Source of the DNA: Candidatus Woesebacteria bacterium RIFCSPHIGHO2_01_FULL_39_23
GTDB taxonomy: Bacteria; Patescibacteriota; Microgenomatia; UBA8517
Direction of reading: 5' to 3'
Assembly (NCBI GenBank): GCA_001792305.1
Contig: MGGH01000005.1
Span: forward strand, 1 to 49,993
Length of the DNA: 49,993 bases
A program made the position numbers and the translations under genes. The notes beneath the pieces were generated by a model. That model worked only from the letters and a program-made list of their open reading frames with translations, made no database searches and was not told where the DNA came from. Below are positions 8,605 to 19,082 of the stretch, in pieces (positions within the stretch are counted from its first letter, which is position 1; each line of letters starts with the position of its first letter).

Positions 8605-11226
8605 TTACTTTGGAGCTTCTTCTTCCATTTCAACAGCTTTTTCTAAGGTTGTCACAGCTGCAACACTATCCCCCTTCTTGGTAAACCTCATGAGTATTAC
8701 TCCCTGAGTTGCTCTTCCGAGCTGTGGGATATTTTTTGCTGGAAGCTTTATCACTTGACCGTATTTACTCGTTATTACCATTTGATCGACGATTTGGTCA
8801 ATGAGATCTGCTGAAACAAGATTTCCTGTTTTACTATTTACTATCGCTGCTTTCACTCCTTTTCCACCCCTTCTTTGTTGTGGGAATAAATTGATTCTAG
8901 TGCGCTTGCCCAAGCCGTTTTGTGAGATCGTCAAAATATCTCTGTAAACTTTTTTGCGCTTGTCCGCTGGAATAATTATTTTTTCAGGAAAAACTTCCAT
9001 TGCTATCACTTCATCGCCGCTTGCAAGTTTTATTCCTCGAACTCCAGTGGTAGCTCTGCCCATTGGTCGCACATTATTTTCGGAGAAGCGTATTGATTTA
9101 CCCATTTTGGAGAGAAGCATTACGTTATCATGTCCTGTGGTACTTCGTACGGAGATTAACTTATCTCCTTCAGTAAGCTTGATTGCAATAAGCCCATTTG
9201 TGCGTAAGTTATTATAAGCTTCAAGAGCTGTTTTTTTGATAACACCCTTAACGGTAGCCATTATAAGATACTTTTTAGACTCTCCGTTCATTGGAAAAAT
9301 GGATCTTATTTGTTCATCACGCTCCAGATTAATAAAGTTTACTAAAGCTTGTCCCTTTGACTGTCTTGACGTTTCTGGAATTTCCCAAACTTTATTTCCA
9401 AAAACCCTTCCTCGGTCAGTGAAAAATAGCAAGGTGTCGTGTGTGCTTGCTGAAGCAAAAAGCTCAATTTCATCTTCTTCTTTTGTAGTCATTCCAACAA
9501 CCCCTTTCCCTCCCCTTCTTTGAGCTTTATAAGTGCTCCTTGGAACCCTTTTGATGTAGCCAGTTCTAGTTACAGTAATTAGGACGTCTTCTTTGGCAAC
9601 CAAATCTTCCTCTTTAAGCTCCCCTAGTTTTTGCTTGTAAATTCGGGTTTTTCGGGAATCAGCGAATTTTTCTTTCAAGTCCGTTAGTTCATCGATTGCA
9701 ATATCTAACACTTTTTGTGGGTTATTTAATATATTTAACAATTTGTCGATGAGTTTTTTGACTTCTTCCCACTCGTCTTCTACTTTTTGGCGCTCAAGAG
9801 CTGCAAGACGCCTAAGTTGCATATCGAGGATTGCATTACTTTGAATTTCAGTCAAACCGAATTTATTCATCAACGCATTTTTAGCGTCCTCTTGGGTTTT
9901 ACTCTGTCTTATTGTTTTAATTACAGCATCGAGATTATCAAGGGCGATTTTCAAACCCTCCAAAATATGAGCTCTTTTTTTAGCAGCTGTCAAATCAAAA
10001 ATAGTTCTTCTAGTGATTACTTTCTGCCTGTGTTTTATGTATTCAACGAGAATTTGCTTCAGGTTGACAAGATGCGGAGTGCCATCAACTAGGGCGACAA
10101 AATTTGCAGGAAAAGTGGTCTGGAGCTTTGTGTGCTTATAGAGGTTATTGAGGACCGACTTGGGTTTTGAGTCTCGTTTAAGATCAACCGCTACTCTCAT
10201 TCCATCCTTGTCGGACTCATCCCTAAGGCCCGATATTCCCGTGATTTTTTTGTCTTTTACAAGCTCTGCAATTTTGACTACAAGTTCGGCTTTGTTCACT
10301 TGGTAAGGAATTTCTGAAATTATTATTTGGGTTTTACCCTTTGCACCTTCTATAATTTCTGCTATTCCGCGAACTACTATTTTCCCCCTACCCGATGCAT
10401 AAACTTCAGTCAAGCTTTTTGCGTCGTATATGGCACCGCCTGTTGGAAAATCTGGACCTGGTAATATTTCGGTAAGTTCGTCAACTGTGATGTCGCTTTC
10501 AAACCCCACTTCGGAAGTTGAAAGGTCTTTTTCTTCAATTTTCTTTTCAACACCCTCGGCAATCAAGTTTATTTTTTTAATAAAAAAGTCAGTCTTTTCG
10601 CGCCTTTTTTGCTCTATCTCGACGACCCTACCTTTTTTGATTGTGGTAACTATTGCGCTTACTACTTCACCCAGGTTGTGTGTGGGAATTTTAGTAGCCA
10701 TTCCAACGGCTATTCCTTCTGAACCCATCAGCAGTAGGTTTGGAATAAGGGACGGTAGATACTTTGGCTCTTTAAGGGTTGCATCAAAGTTATCAGCAAA
10801 GTCGACGGTATCTTTGTCGATATCTTTTAAAATTGTCTCGGAGATACTTGAGAGTCTGGCTTCCGTGTACCTCATGGCAGCCGGCGGGTCTCCGTCAACC
10901 GATCCGAAATTTCCCTGGCCCTGTACTAGAGGATATCTGAGAGTAAAGTCCTGAGCCATCCTGACAAGCGCGTCATAAATTGCCATATCACCATGGGGGT
11001 GATATTTTCCAAGCACTTCACCGACTACTTTTGCTGTTTTGGTAAATGCGGATGTGTGTGTGAGCCCCATTGTATGCATCGCGAAAAGAATTCTTCGGTG
11101 CACGGGTTTAAGTCCGTCGCGTATGTCAGGCAGGGCTCTTGCGACAATTACGCTCATGGCGTAATTCAAATAACTTTTTTGGACTTCTTTGCTAATTTCT
11201 GTTGGAAGAACTTTGTTTCCGGGCAT
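8605..11226 (-). CDS. gyrA: DNA gyrase subunit A
   Basis: [10 protein letters not shown] active-site Tyr motif, [17 protein letters not shown], and C-terminal beta-pinwheel repeats. 873 aa. Confidence 0.97.
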   Translation of the reverse strand: MPGNKVLPTEISKEVQKSYLNYAMSVIVARALPDIRDGLKPVHRRILFAMHTMGLTHTSAFTKTAKVVGEVLGKYHPHGDMAIYDALVRMAQDFTLRYPLVQGQGNFGSVDGDPPAAMRYTEARLSSISETILKDIDKDTVDFADNFDATLKEPKYLPSLIPNLLLMGSEGIAVGMATKIPTHNLGEVVSAIVTTIKKGRVVEIEQKRREKTDFFIKKINLIAEGVEKKIEEKDLSTSEVGFESDITVDELTEILPGPDFPTGGAIYDAKSLTEVYASGRGKIVVRGIAEIIEGAKGKTQIIISEIPYQVNKAELVVKIAELVKDKKITGISGLRDESDKDGMRVAVDLKRDSKPKSVLNNLYKHTKLQTTFPANFVALVDGTPHLVNLKQILVEYIKHRQKVITRRTIFDLTAAKKRAHILEGLKIALDNLDAVIKTIRQSKTQEDAKNALMNKFGLTEIQSNAILDMQLRRLAALERQKVEDEWEEVKKLIDKLLNILNNPQKVLDIAIDELTDLKEKFADSRKTRIYKQKLGELKEEDLVAKEDVLITVTRTGYIKRVPRSTYKAQRRGGKGVVGMTTKEEDEIELFASASTHDTLLFFTDRGRVFGNKVWEIPETSRQSKGQALVNFINLERDEQIRSIFPMNGESKKYLIMATVKGVIKKTALEAYNNLRTNGLIAIKLTEGDKLISVRSTTGHDNVMLLSKMGKSIRFSENNVRPMGRATTGVRGIKLASGDEVIAMEVFPEKIIIPADKRKKVYRDILTISQNGLGKRTRINLFPQQRRGGKGVKAAIVNSKTGNLVSADLIDQIVDQMVITSKYGQVIKLPAKNIPQLGRATQGVILMRFTKKGDSVAAVTTLEKAVEMEEEAPK

Positions 11227-11230
11227 AAAA

Positions 11231-11258
11231 AAGGCTTAACAAGCCTTGCTTCATTATA
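11231..11258 (-). promoter_or_regulatory. gyrA -10 box plus 5-prime-terminal stem-loop
   Basis: On the minus strand: TATAAT (11258-11253), 5 nt, then hairpin AAGGCTT-gtt-AAGCCTT (11247-11231), then UUUU and the ATG. No SD. Confidence 0.4.
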
Positions 11259-11297
11259 GTATTTTGAAGTTGTGGCTGCAACAAGAAGATATAGATT

Positions 11298-11435
11298 TTA
11301 CTTGCCTTGTGATGCAGTTACCATTTTAACCTGAGGGTTTCCTCGGTTAATCATTGTCAAAAGTGGCAGTAATATCATGATGGCTGCAAACAAAGCGAGT
11401 GCAAATATTTGATACCCTAGAGTCTTTTTTTCCAA
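11298..11435 (-). CDS. Small single-TM peptide (45 aa), unannotated in the ORF track
   Basis: TTG start 7 nt after a strong SD (GAGGGGGTGA). Translation is LEKKTLGYQIFALALFAAIMILLPLLTMINRGNPQVKMVTASQGK. It sits between the beta-propeller gene and gyrA on the same strand. Confidence 0.45.
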   Translation of the reverse strand: MEKKTLGYQIFALALFAAIMILLPLLTMINRGNPQVKMVTASQGK

Positions 11436-11487
11436 GATAACTCACCCCCTCATTACATTCTAAATGGAATTATTAAATCTTTCAAGG

Positions 11488-13458
11488 TTATAATTCTTCC
11501 GAGTTTATTTTTTGCCAATCAATCTCATTGTATACAGAAATATTGTTACTTCCCAGTATATAGAGATAATCATTGATATACACTGCTCTGACTATATCTG
11601 TTTCCCCAAAGACTGTAACTAAATTGATTTGGCTGTTTTGGTAAGAGAAAATATATGCGCTTTTGCCCCCTGGCAGGAAAAATATTTTATGAACAGGATC
11701 GACTAAAAACGCATGATGACTGTCTGAAACTTGGGTCCAAAACTCATCTAGAACATATTTCGAGATCTCTATAGGGGCGTCTGTTTTTGAAACGTCAAAA
11801 AGCGAAAGTTTCACTTGGTTTTGTTCGCTTCCTACGCCCAGGATCAAATTTTGACTAAGGGGGTGAAGATACGATGAAAATCCGGGAATTTTTAGCTCGC
11901 CGGCCTTTTGGGGGTTAGTCGGATTGCTTAAATCTATAGTGTAGAAAGGATCAGTCTGCCGGAAGGTTACGGCGTAGCCGATATTACCCACAAATCTTAC
12001 AGAATAAATCCTTTCACCCAAACCCAGACTCAAAACACTTCCTACAATCTGTTGGTTTTGGTCTAAAACATAAATATCGTTTTCAGACTCAGCTGAAACA
12101 ATGAAGTTTGACGAAATTGTCGTTGCAACTCGCAAATGTTCGTTGTATTCATCTAACGAAAATTGATTTAAAAGGGAACCCGGGACTACTCCCACAAGAG
12201 AACTTTCTAAGTTGTCTGTATTTATTTTAACAATGGCGGTTTGAGATAATTCTCTTTTATGCTCCGTAGAGTAGTTATCTAGTCTATTTGTTAGTTCTGT
12301 TTCAACCTTGCGCCTTTGTTCATCTGCTAAAGTAAGCTGGTAATTTGAAAGTATACTTTCAAGCTCCACCAGCTTTGCTTGATTACTAATCTCAAGATTA
12401 GTCAAATCCTTAAGCTTTGTTAAAGTTGCATGGTCAAATAGGTCCTGGGCTTTTGAGGTAATAAAACCGTAGAAAAATTCCACAAAATCAGTGGCTAGCT
12501 GGTAGGTAATGTAAATGTTATTTTGCGACATATAAAAAACTGAGTTACTTGATGAGCCAATGAACGTGGCGTTTTGCAAATAGTCACCATTTTTGGGATC
12601 AATTACCAAGACTGTAAACAAAGAGTCGGTATTTGACTTGACTGTCGGGTAATATATATCAACACAGTCGATGACCATCTCACGACCATTGGCCTCAATT
12701 ATAGGTTTAGGACAAGGACTGGACCTGTCTAAAAAGGCACGGGTAACCAAGAATACTTTGCCGTCTTTTAAACGTGCCGTTTCGATAGAAACATTATCTT
12801 TTAGGTTTAGTTTCCAAATTTCTTTTGGTTTGTCAGGTTCAGTTGTGTCGAGTCCTTTAACCGTATTCGAACCGAATGTTACCAGGGTGTTGCCAGTAAG
12901 AAGCATGCTACCACCTCCCTGTATCTCTGTTAATTTTGAGAGATTTTCTGGAGGAAAAGCTTTAATAATGTTTACCATTGTCTTGTTGGGGTCATGGAAC
13001 GTGTCTTTAAATGAGTAAATATAGTTTTGGTTGGGAACATAATAAATTTGTTTGCCGTCGGTTTTGACCATGTCAGGCTCGTCAATGCCGGGAACTTGGA
13101 TGTTTGTTTCGGAGTATCTTTCAAGCACGGGTTGTTTAAGATCGGATCCTATCCCAGGTGCTCCAATACCAATCTCACTACCATCAAGACCAAAAGTTTG
13201 AATGTTTCGGCCAAAGGCGGCTCCAAGTAAACTATCACTTTCACTCTGAAGTATATATTTGCCCACTTCCTCTTCAGATTCGAACTTTTTAATGACAATG
13301 CTCTGGGAGCTGGTATTGGTAGCAAGCTCTTTATTGTCTGGTCTTAGATTTGTGGGCTTTTTGATTTTGAGGAAAAGTAGAGTTATTAGGCCTATCAAAA
13401 AGATGGAAATGATTCCGGCTAGAGCTAAAAAAAACAGGCGTTTATTGGAAGGCCACAT
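11488..13458 (-). CDS. Secreted or membrane-anchored beta-propeller-domain protein
   Basis: N-terminal TM/signal anchor. The C-terminal block RFVGNIGYAVTFRQTDPFYTIDLSNPTNPQKAGELKIPGFSSYLHP matches my recollection of the bacterial/archaeal Beta_propel family signature. Confidence 0.7.
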   Translation of the reverse strand: MWPSNKRLFFLALAGIISIFLIGLITLLFLKIKKPTNLRPDNKELATNTSSQSIVIKKFESEEEVGKYILQSESDSLLGAAFGRNIQTFGLDGSEIGIGAPGIGSDLKQPVLERYSETNIQVPGIDEPDMVKTDGKQIYYVPNQNYIYSFKDTFHDPNKTMVNIIKAFPPENLSKLTEIQGGGSMLLTGNTLVTFGSNTVKGLDTTEPDKPKEIWKLNLKDNVSIETARLKDGKVFLVTRAFLDRSSPCPKPIIEANGREMVIDCVDIYYPTVKSNTDSLFTVLVIDPKNGDYLQNATFIGSSSNSVFYMSQNNIYITYQLATDFVEFFYGFITSKAQDLFDHATLTKLKDLTNLEISNQAKLVELESILSNYQLTLADEQRRKVETELTNRLDNYSTEHKRELSQTAIVKINTDNLESSLVGVVPGSLLNQFSLDEYNEHLRVATTISSNFIVSAESENDIYVLDQNQQIVGSVLSLGLGERIYSVRFVGNIGYAVTFRQTDPFYTIDLSNPTNPQKAGELKIPGFSSYLHPLSQNLILGVGSEQNQVKLSLFDVSKTDAPIEISKYVLDEFWTQVSDSHHAFLVDPVHKIFFLPGGKSAYIFSYQNSQINLVTVFGETDIVRAVYINDYLYILGSNNISVYNEIDWQKINSEEL

Positions 13459-13483
13459 TATAAATAATATACTACATTATTAT

Positions 13484-14236
13484 ATGAAAGTAATACTGGC
13501 TGTAATAATTTTGGGATTTTTAGCCATTTTTTATTTTGATCTGTTACAGAGGGAATCTCCAAAAGAGGTAGAAAGAGTTGCAGAAGTTTTTGAAAAAAGT
13601 ACCAGCACAAACTTTTCCATGTCGGGTTTTACTGTGACTGGTTTTACTTTGAATCCAAATAGCTTTGTGAATCTAATCTCAAACTTTGAAAATAAAATTT
13701 CGTCAACGGAAATACTTGAAAAAGAAAAATGTTCTTACTTGGTTAACGGCGGGTTTTATGGCGAGGAAAATGTTCCTATAGGGCTTTTTAAAACAGCAGA
13801 TGGATATTTGAGTGAGTTCAAAAATAATAGACTTTTTAACGGGTTAGTCGTGTCTTTTGAAAACGGGAAATTAGATATCTTAGAAAAAATTGATAATCGA
13901 GAAATTTCTTTTGGTTTCCAAACAGGACCCGTTTTGTTTCGAGGTGGGGAAAAAGTTAACCTAGACCTCCCTGTGGATAAGAAAGCCAGACGTATTGTTT
14001 TTGTACAAACACTTGATGGTAAAGACCTTTTTTTGGCTTTCTATGACCCCCAGTCTTTTTTTTCCGGACCCACACTAGTCGATTTGCCAAGCTTAATTGA
14101 AAAATATGAAGATGAGTTTGGACTTGAGATAACAGACGCCATAAATCTAGATGGTGGCACGGCATCCGTTTATTTTGACGGAGAAACTCATTTAAAGGAA
14201 CTTAAACCCGTGGGTAGCTTTTTATGTATAAATTGA
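13484..14236 (+). CDS. Phosphodiester glycosidase-family protein (DUF2233-like), membrane-anchored
   Basis: YLVNGGFY and INLDGGTAS motifs. I prefer the ATG at 13484 (MKVILAVIILGF..., a TM anchor) over the ORF-track start at 13259, which would overlap the divergent gene by 200 nt. Confidence 0.7.
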   Translation: MKVILAVIILGFLAIFYFDLLQRESPKEVERVAEVFEKSTSTNFSMSGFTVTGFTLNPNSFVNLISNFENKISSTEILEKEKCSYLVNGGFYGEENVPIGLFKTADGYLSEFKNNRLFNGLVVSFENGKLDILEKIDNREISFGFQTGPVLFRGGEKVNLDLPVDKKARRIVFVQTLDGKDLFLAFYDPQSFFSGPTLVDLPSLIEKYEDEFGLEITDAINLDGGTASVYFDGETHLKELKPVGSFLCIN

Positions 14237-14252
14237 AATACAGTGATACTCT

Positions 14253-14345
14253 CACGGGCTAAAGCCCGTGGCATCTTTATATCCGCCTTGTGCCTTCGGC
14301 ACTATTTCTATTTCTATCGCTTTATCCCCGGCTTGAAAGCCTGGG
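14253..14345. terminator. Three hairpins between convergent genes
   Basis: CACGGGC-taaa-GCCCGTG (14253-14270). GTGCC-ttcg-GGCAC followed by a T-rich run (14290-14302). CCCGGCT...AGCCtGGG (14327-14345). Confidence 0.5.
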
Positions 14346-14361
14346 ATTTCGCTGTCTTGGA

Positions 14362-16377
14362 TTAAGCTAAAAATGGAGCAAGAAGCAGTGCTACGATATT
14401 TGCTACTTTGATCATAGGGTTTATTGCAGGGCCGGCGGTGTCTTTGTAAGGATCTCCAACAGTGTCTCCAGTTACGGCTGCCTGGTGTGCGACACTTCCC
14501 TTTCCACCCAAGGCACCTGCCTCAATATATTTCTTGGCATTATCCCAGGCTGCTCCCCCTGTAGTCATTGAAATTGCCACGAAAAGACCCGTTATAATTA
14601 TTCCCATGAGTAAACCACCCAGAGCCTTACTTCCAAGCAGTAGTCCCACAAGGATTGGTGCTAATACCGGAAGCAGTGCAGGTACTACCATTTCCTTTAT
14701 TGCTGCTTTTGTGACGATATCTACACAAGCTCTGTAGTCTGGCTTGGATGTGCCCTCCATAATTCCTTTGATTTCACGAAACTGCCTTCTAATTTCAGTG
14801 ACGATGGATTGAGCTGCTTTTCCTACCGCTTCCAATGCAAAAGCCGCAAAAAGATAGGGAAGTGAGGCTCCAATGAAAAGTCCAACTAAAACCTCTGGGT
14901 CAGAAATAGAAAAATTTATAGGACTAGCTAAGCCGCCCTCTAGTGTTAGCTCCTCGACATATGAGGCGAAAAGGACCAAAGCAGCAAGTCCTGCTGAAGC
15001 GATTGCGTAAGCTTTTGTGACTGCTTTTGTAGTATTACCAACTGCGTCTAATGCATCTGTTACCTTTCTTACCTTGTCTGGTTGGTTGGACATCTCAGCA
15101 ATTCCACCCGCGTTATCAGTAATCGGTCCGAAAGCGTCAATTGCAACAACTATGCCGGTTAAAGAAAGCATTGAGACAGCTGTGATAGCGACACCGTATA
15201 GCCCGGCAAGGTTGTATGTGAATAGAATAGATCCTCCAATGAGTAAGATTGGAGCAAATGTTGAGCGCATCGAAAGAGCTAAGCCTGCAATAATGTTTGT
15301 TCCATGACCGGATTCGGAAGCCAATGCAAGGTTTTTTACTGGAGGACTATTTTTACCGGTGAAGTACTCTGTTATAGCAACCATTCCGACCGTGATAACA
15401 ATCCCTGTAAGAAAGGAAAGAAAAATTGCCATTGTGCCAACACCTGGGAAGACTGGGGGAAAATAATTTAGTAGGAACCAAAAAGCGATAGTCGAAAATA
15501 GGGTTGCAACAGACAGGCCTTTGTATAGAGCAGGCATGATTTTTTTGCTCTTGGGAAGCCGAACAAAAAATGTGCCGATTATTGAGCCAATTAAACTGAC
15601 AGAACCTATTACTAAAGGATAAAGAGTACTAGCACCTTCCGGAAAGACGAGTTGGGCGAGTAGAATTGCAGATACTGTGGTTACGACATACGTCTCAAAA
15701 AGATCTGCTGCCATTCCTGCATCATCGCCTACATTGTCCCCGACCAGGTCCGCTATGACACCGGGGTTTCTGGGGTCGTCCTCTGGAATTCCTTTTTCAA
15801 TTTTACCCACCATGTCCGTTCCTACATCCGCTCCTTTTGTATATATTCCTCCACCGAGTCTGGCAAAAACTGAAATTAGAGATCCTCCAAACCCCAAGGA
15901 AACAAGGGGTAAAATTGGATCAAAACTGTAAATTTTAGACAGAGCTAAAGTTAGACTTATGGAAAAAAGTGCCAGAGAGGCAACCAAAAGACCAGTGACG
16001 GCGCCCCCTTTAAAGGCGACAGAGAGAGCCTGGGAGAGACCATGTTTGGCGGCTTGGGTGGTTCGAGAATTACTTCTGACCGCCACATTCATCCCAACGA
16101 AGCCGGTGCATGCGGAAGCAAGAGCTCCAAGCGCAAATCCTAACGCAGACGGTAAACCCAAAGAAAGCCACAATAATACTAGTAAAAAGGCAGCAACTAT
16201 AAATACTGTTTTATATTGCCTTTTTAAATAAGCTCCCGCTCCTTCGGAGATAGCCTCCGAGATTTCGAGCATTTTCTTATCTCCCGCGTCAAAACTTAAA
16301 ATATTGCGAATAAGATAAATACTATAAAATATTGTAACTAGTGAGGTTCCAAAAGACAGTTTAATAATTGTTTCCAT
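14362..16377 (-). CDS. hppA: Membrane-bound ion-translocating pyrophosphatase
   Basis: 671 aa with about 15 TM helices. Signatures [33 protein letters not shown] and [14 protein letters not shown] are present. Confidence 0.95.
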   Translation of the reverse strand: METIIKLSFGTSLVTIFYSIYLIRNILSFDAGDKKMLEISEAISEGAGAYLKRQYKTVFIVAAFLLVLLWLSLGLPSALGFALGALASACTGFVGMNVAVRSNSRTTQAAKHGLSQALSVAFKGGAVTGLLVASLALFSISLTLALSKIYSFDPILPLVSLGFGGSLISVFARLGGGIYTKGADVGTDMVGKIEKGIPEDDPRNPGVIADLVGDNVGDDAGMAADLFETYVVTTVSAILLAQLVFPEGASTLYPLVIGSVSLIGSIIGTFFVRLPKSKKIMPALYKGLSVATLFSTIAFWFLLNYFPPVFPGVGTMAIFLSFLTGIVITVGMVAITEYFTGKNSPPVKNLALASESGHGTNIIAGLALSMRSTFAPILLIGGSILFTYNLAGLYGVAITAVSMLSLTGIVVAIDAFGPITDNAGGIAEMSNQPDKVRKVTDALDAVGNTTKAVTKAYAIASAGLAALVLFASYVEELTLEGGLASPINFSISDPEVLVGLFIGASLPYLFAAFALEAVGKAAQSIVTEIRRQFREIKGIMEGTSKPDYRACVDIVTKAAIKEMVVPALLPVLAPILVGLLLGSKALGGLLMGIIITGLFVAISMTTGGAAWDNAKKYIEAGALGGKGSVAHQAAVTGDTVGDPYKDTAGPAINPMIKVANIVALLLAPFLA

Positions 16378-16386
16378 ATTTGAAAT

Positions 16387-18336
<1,950 letters not shown>

Positions 18337-18343
18337 TCAATTA

Positions 18344-18372
18344 GCAAGCTTTATGCTTGCCTGTTTATTATA
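18344..18372 (-). promoter_or_regulatory. gyrB -10 box plus 5-prime-terminal stem-loop
   Basis: On the minus strand: TATAAT (18372-18367), 6 nt, then hairpin GCAAGC-ataaa-GCTTGC (18360-18344), then 13 nt of AU-rich sequence to the ATG. No SD. Confidence 0.4.
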
Positions 18373-18393
18373 CCCAAAATACTTTAATTTGCA

Positions 18394-18416
18394 TCCCCAA
18401 AATAGCATTTTGGGGG
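18394..18416 (-). terminator. Hairpin downstream of holB
   Basis: TCCCCAAAAT-agc-ATTTTGGGG(G), a 9-10 bp stem, lies between the holB stop and the gyrB promoter. Confidence 0.45.
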
Positions 18417-18473
18417 ATCATATTCAAGCTTACGAAGGTTGCAACCCTGAGTAAGATGAGTATATAACAGATT

Positions 18474-19076
18474 TCAAGAGTTCGCGATGAGATTTGTAAG
18501 CTGGAGGTTTATATTTGCGTTTGATTTTATCCTAGAGAGGGCAGTAGCAGATCGGCTTAAAAGTTTGATTATGTTAATGTTTTTATGTAATTCTTGGTGA
18601 AGATACAGGCATAAATTCCCCAAAAATTTAATTGCTTCTTCTCTTGTTTTAAGGTTTGTTGCTATTTCGAATTTTTCGCTCAAAGCTCCCTCTTTAAAAG
18701 TCTTTAAAACGTTTAAGTATTCACTTGTAACTTGTAAGGTATAATTTTTGATATTAAAAACCAGGCACCTTGAAACTATTGTAGGCAAAATGTTGGTCAA
18801 TGACTCGGTCGTGATTATAAATTGGAGGCTACTTTGAGGCTCCTCGAGTGTTTTAAGGAGAGCATTTTGTGCTTCTTCAGAAGCCAAGTGAAATGACTCT
18901 AAAACAAAAACAACAGGATTCACACTTTTGAGTTTTGTAAAATTATTGAGATTTCTCACATCTTCAATTTTGTTTAAAGTAAGTCTTATTACTTCGGCGT
19001 TTTTCGGGGTTGACAGCTCCTGGATAAATTTTTCTGACTTCAAGGAATCTTGGCTAACCACAAGATACGCATGCAT
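18474..19076 (-). CDS. holB: DNA polymerase III delta-prime-like subunit, short form (200 aa)
   Basis: AQNALLKTLEEPQSSLQFIITTE...LPTIVSRC sensor motif. No P-loop is visible, and it is much shorter than the roughly 330-aa canonical proteins. Confidence 0.75.
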   Translation of the reverse strand: MHAYLVVSQDSLKSEKFIQELSTPKNAEVIRLTLNKIEDVRNLNNFTKLKSVNPVVFVLESFHLASEEAQNALLKTLEEPQSSLQFIITTESLTNILPTIVSRCLVFNIKNYTLQVTSEYLNVLKTFKEGALSEKFEIATNLKTREEAIKFLGNLCLYLHQELHKNINIIKLLSRSATALSRIKSNANINLQLTNLIANS

Positions 19077-19082
19077 GGGTAG

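Noticed and set aside
8954-11259. Plus-strand ORFs antisense to gyrA: 8954-9217, 9236-9523, 9787-10092, 10430-10954 and 10993-11259.
   Set aside because: They lie fully inside a strongly conserved gene on the opposite strand and have low-complexity, Ser/Ile-rich translations typical of antisense frames. The same reasoning applies to the antisense ORFs within hppA (14462-16231), gyrB (16391-17914), the pilin genes (26529-26936, 28836-29210, 29701-30147), pheS/rplT (44662-45171), thrS (46139-48017) and tig (49183-49683).
13259-13483. N-terminal 75-aa extension of the glycosidase-like ORF (ORF-track start at 13259).
   Set aside because: It would overlap the divergent beta-propeller gene by 200 nt in antisense. 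The internal ATG at 13484 gives a normal signal-anchor N-terminus.
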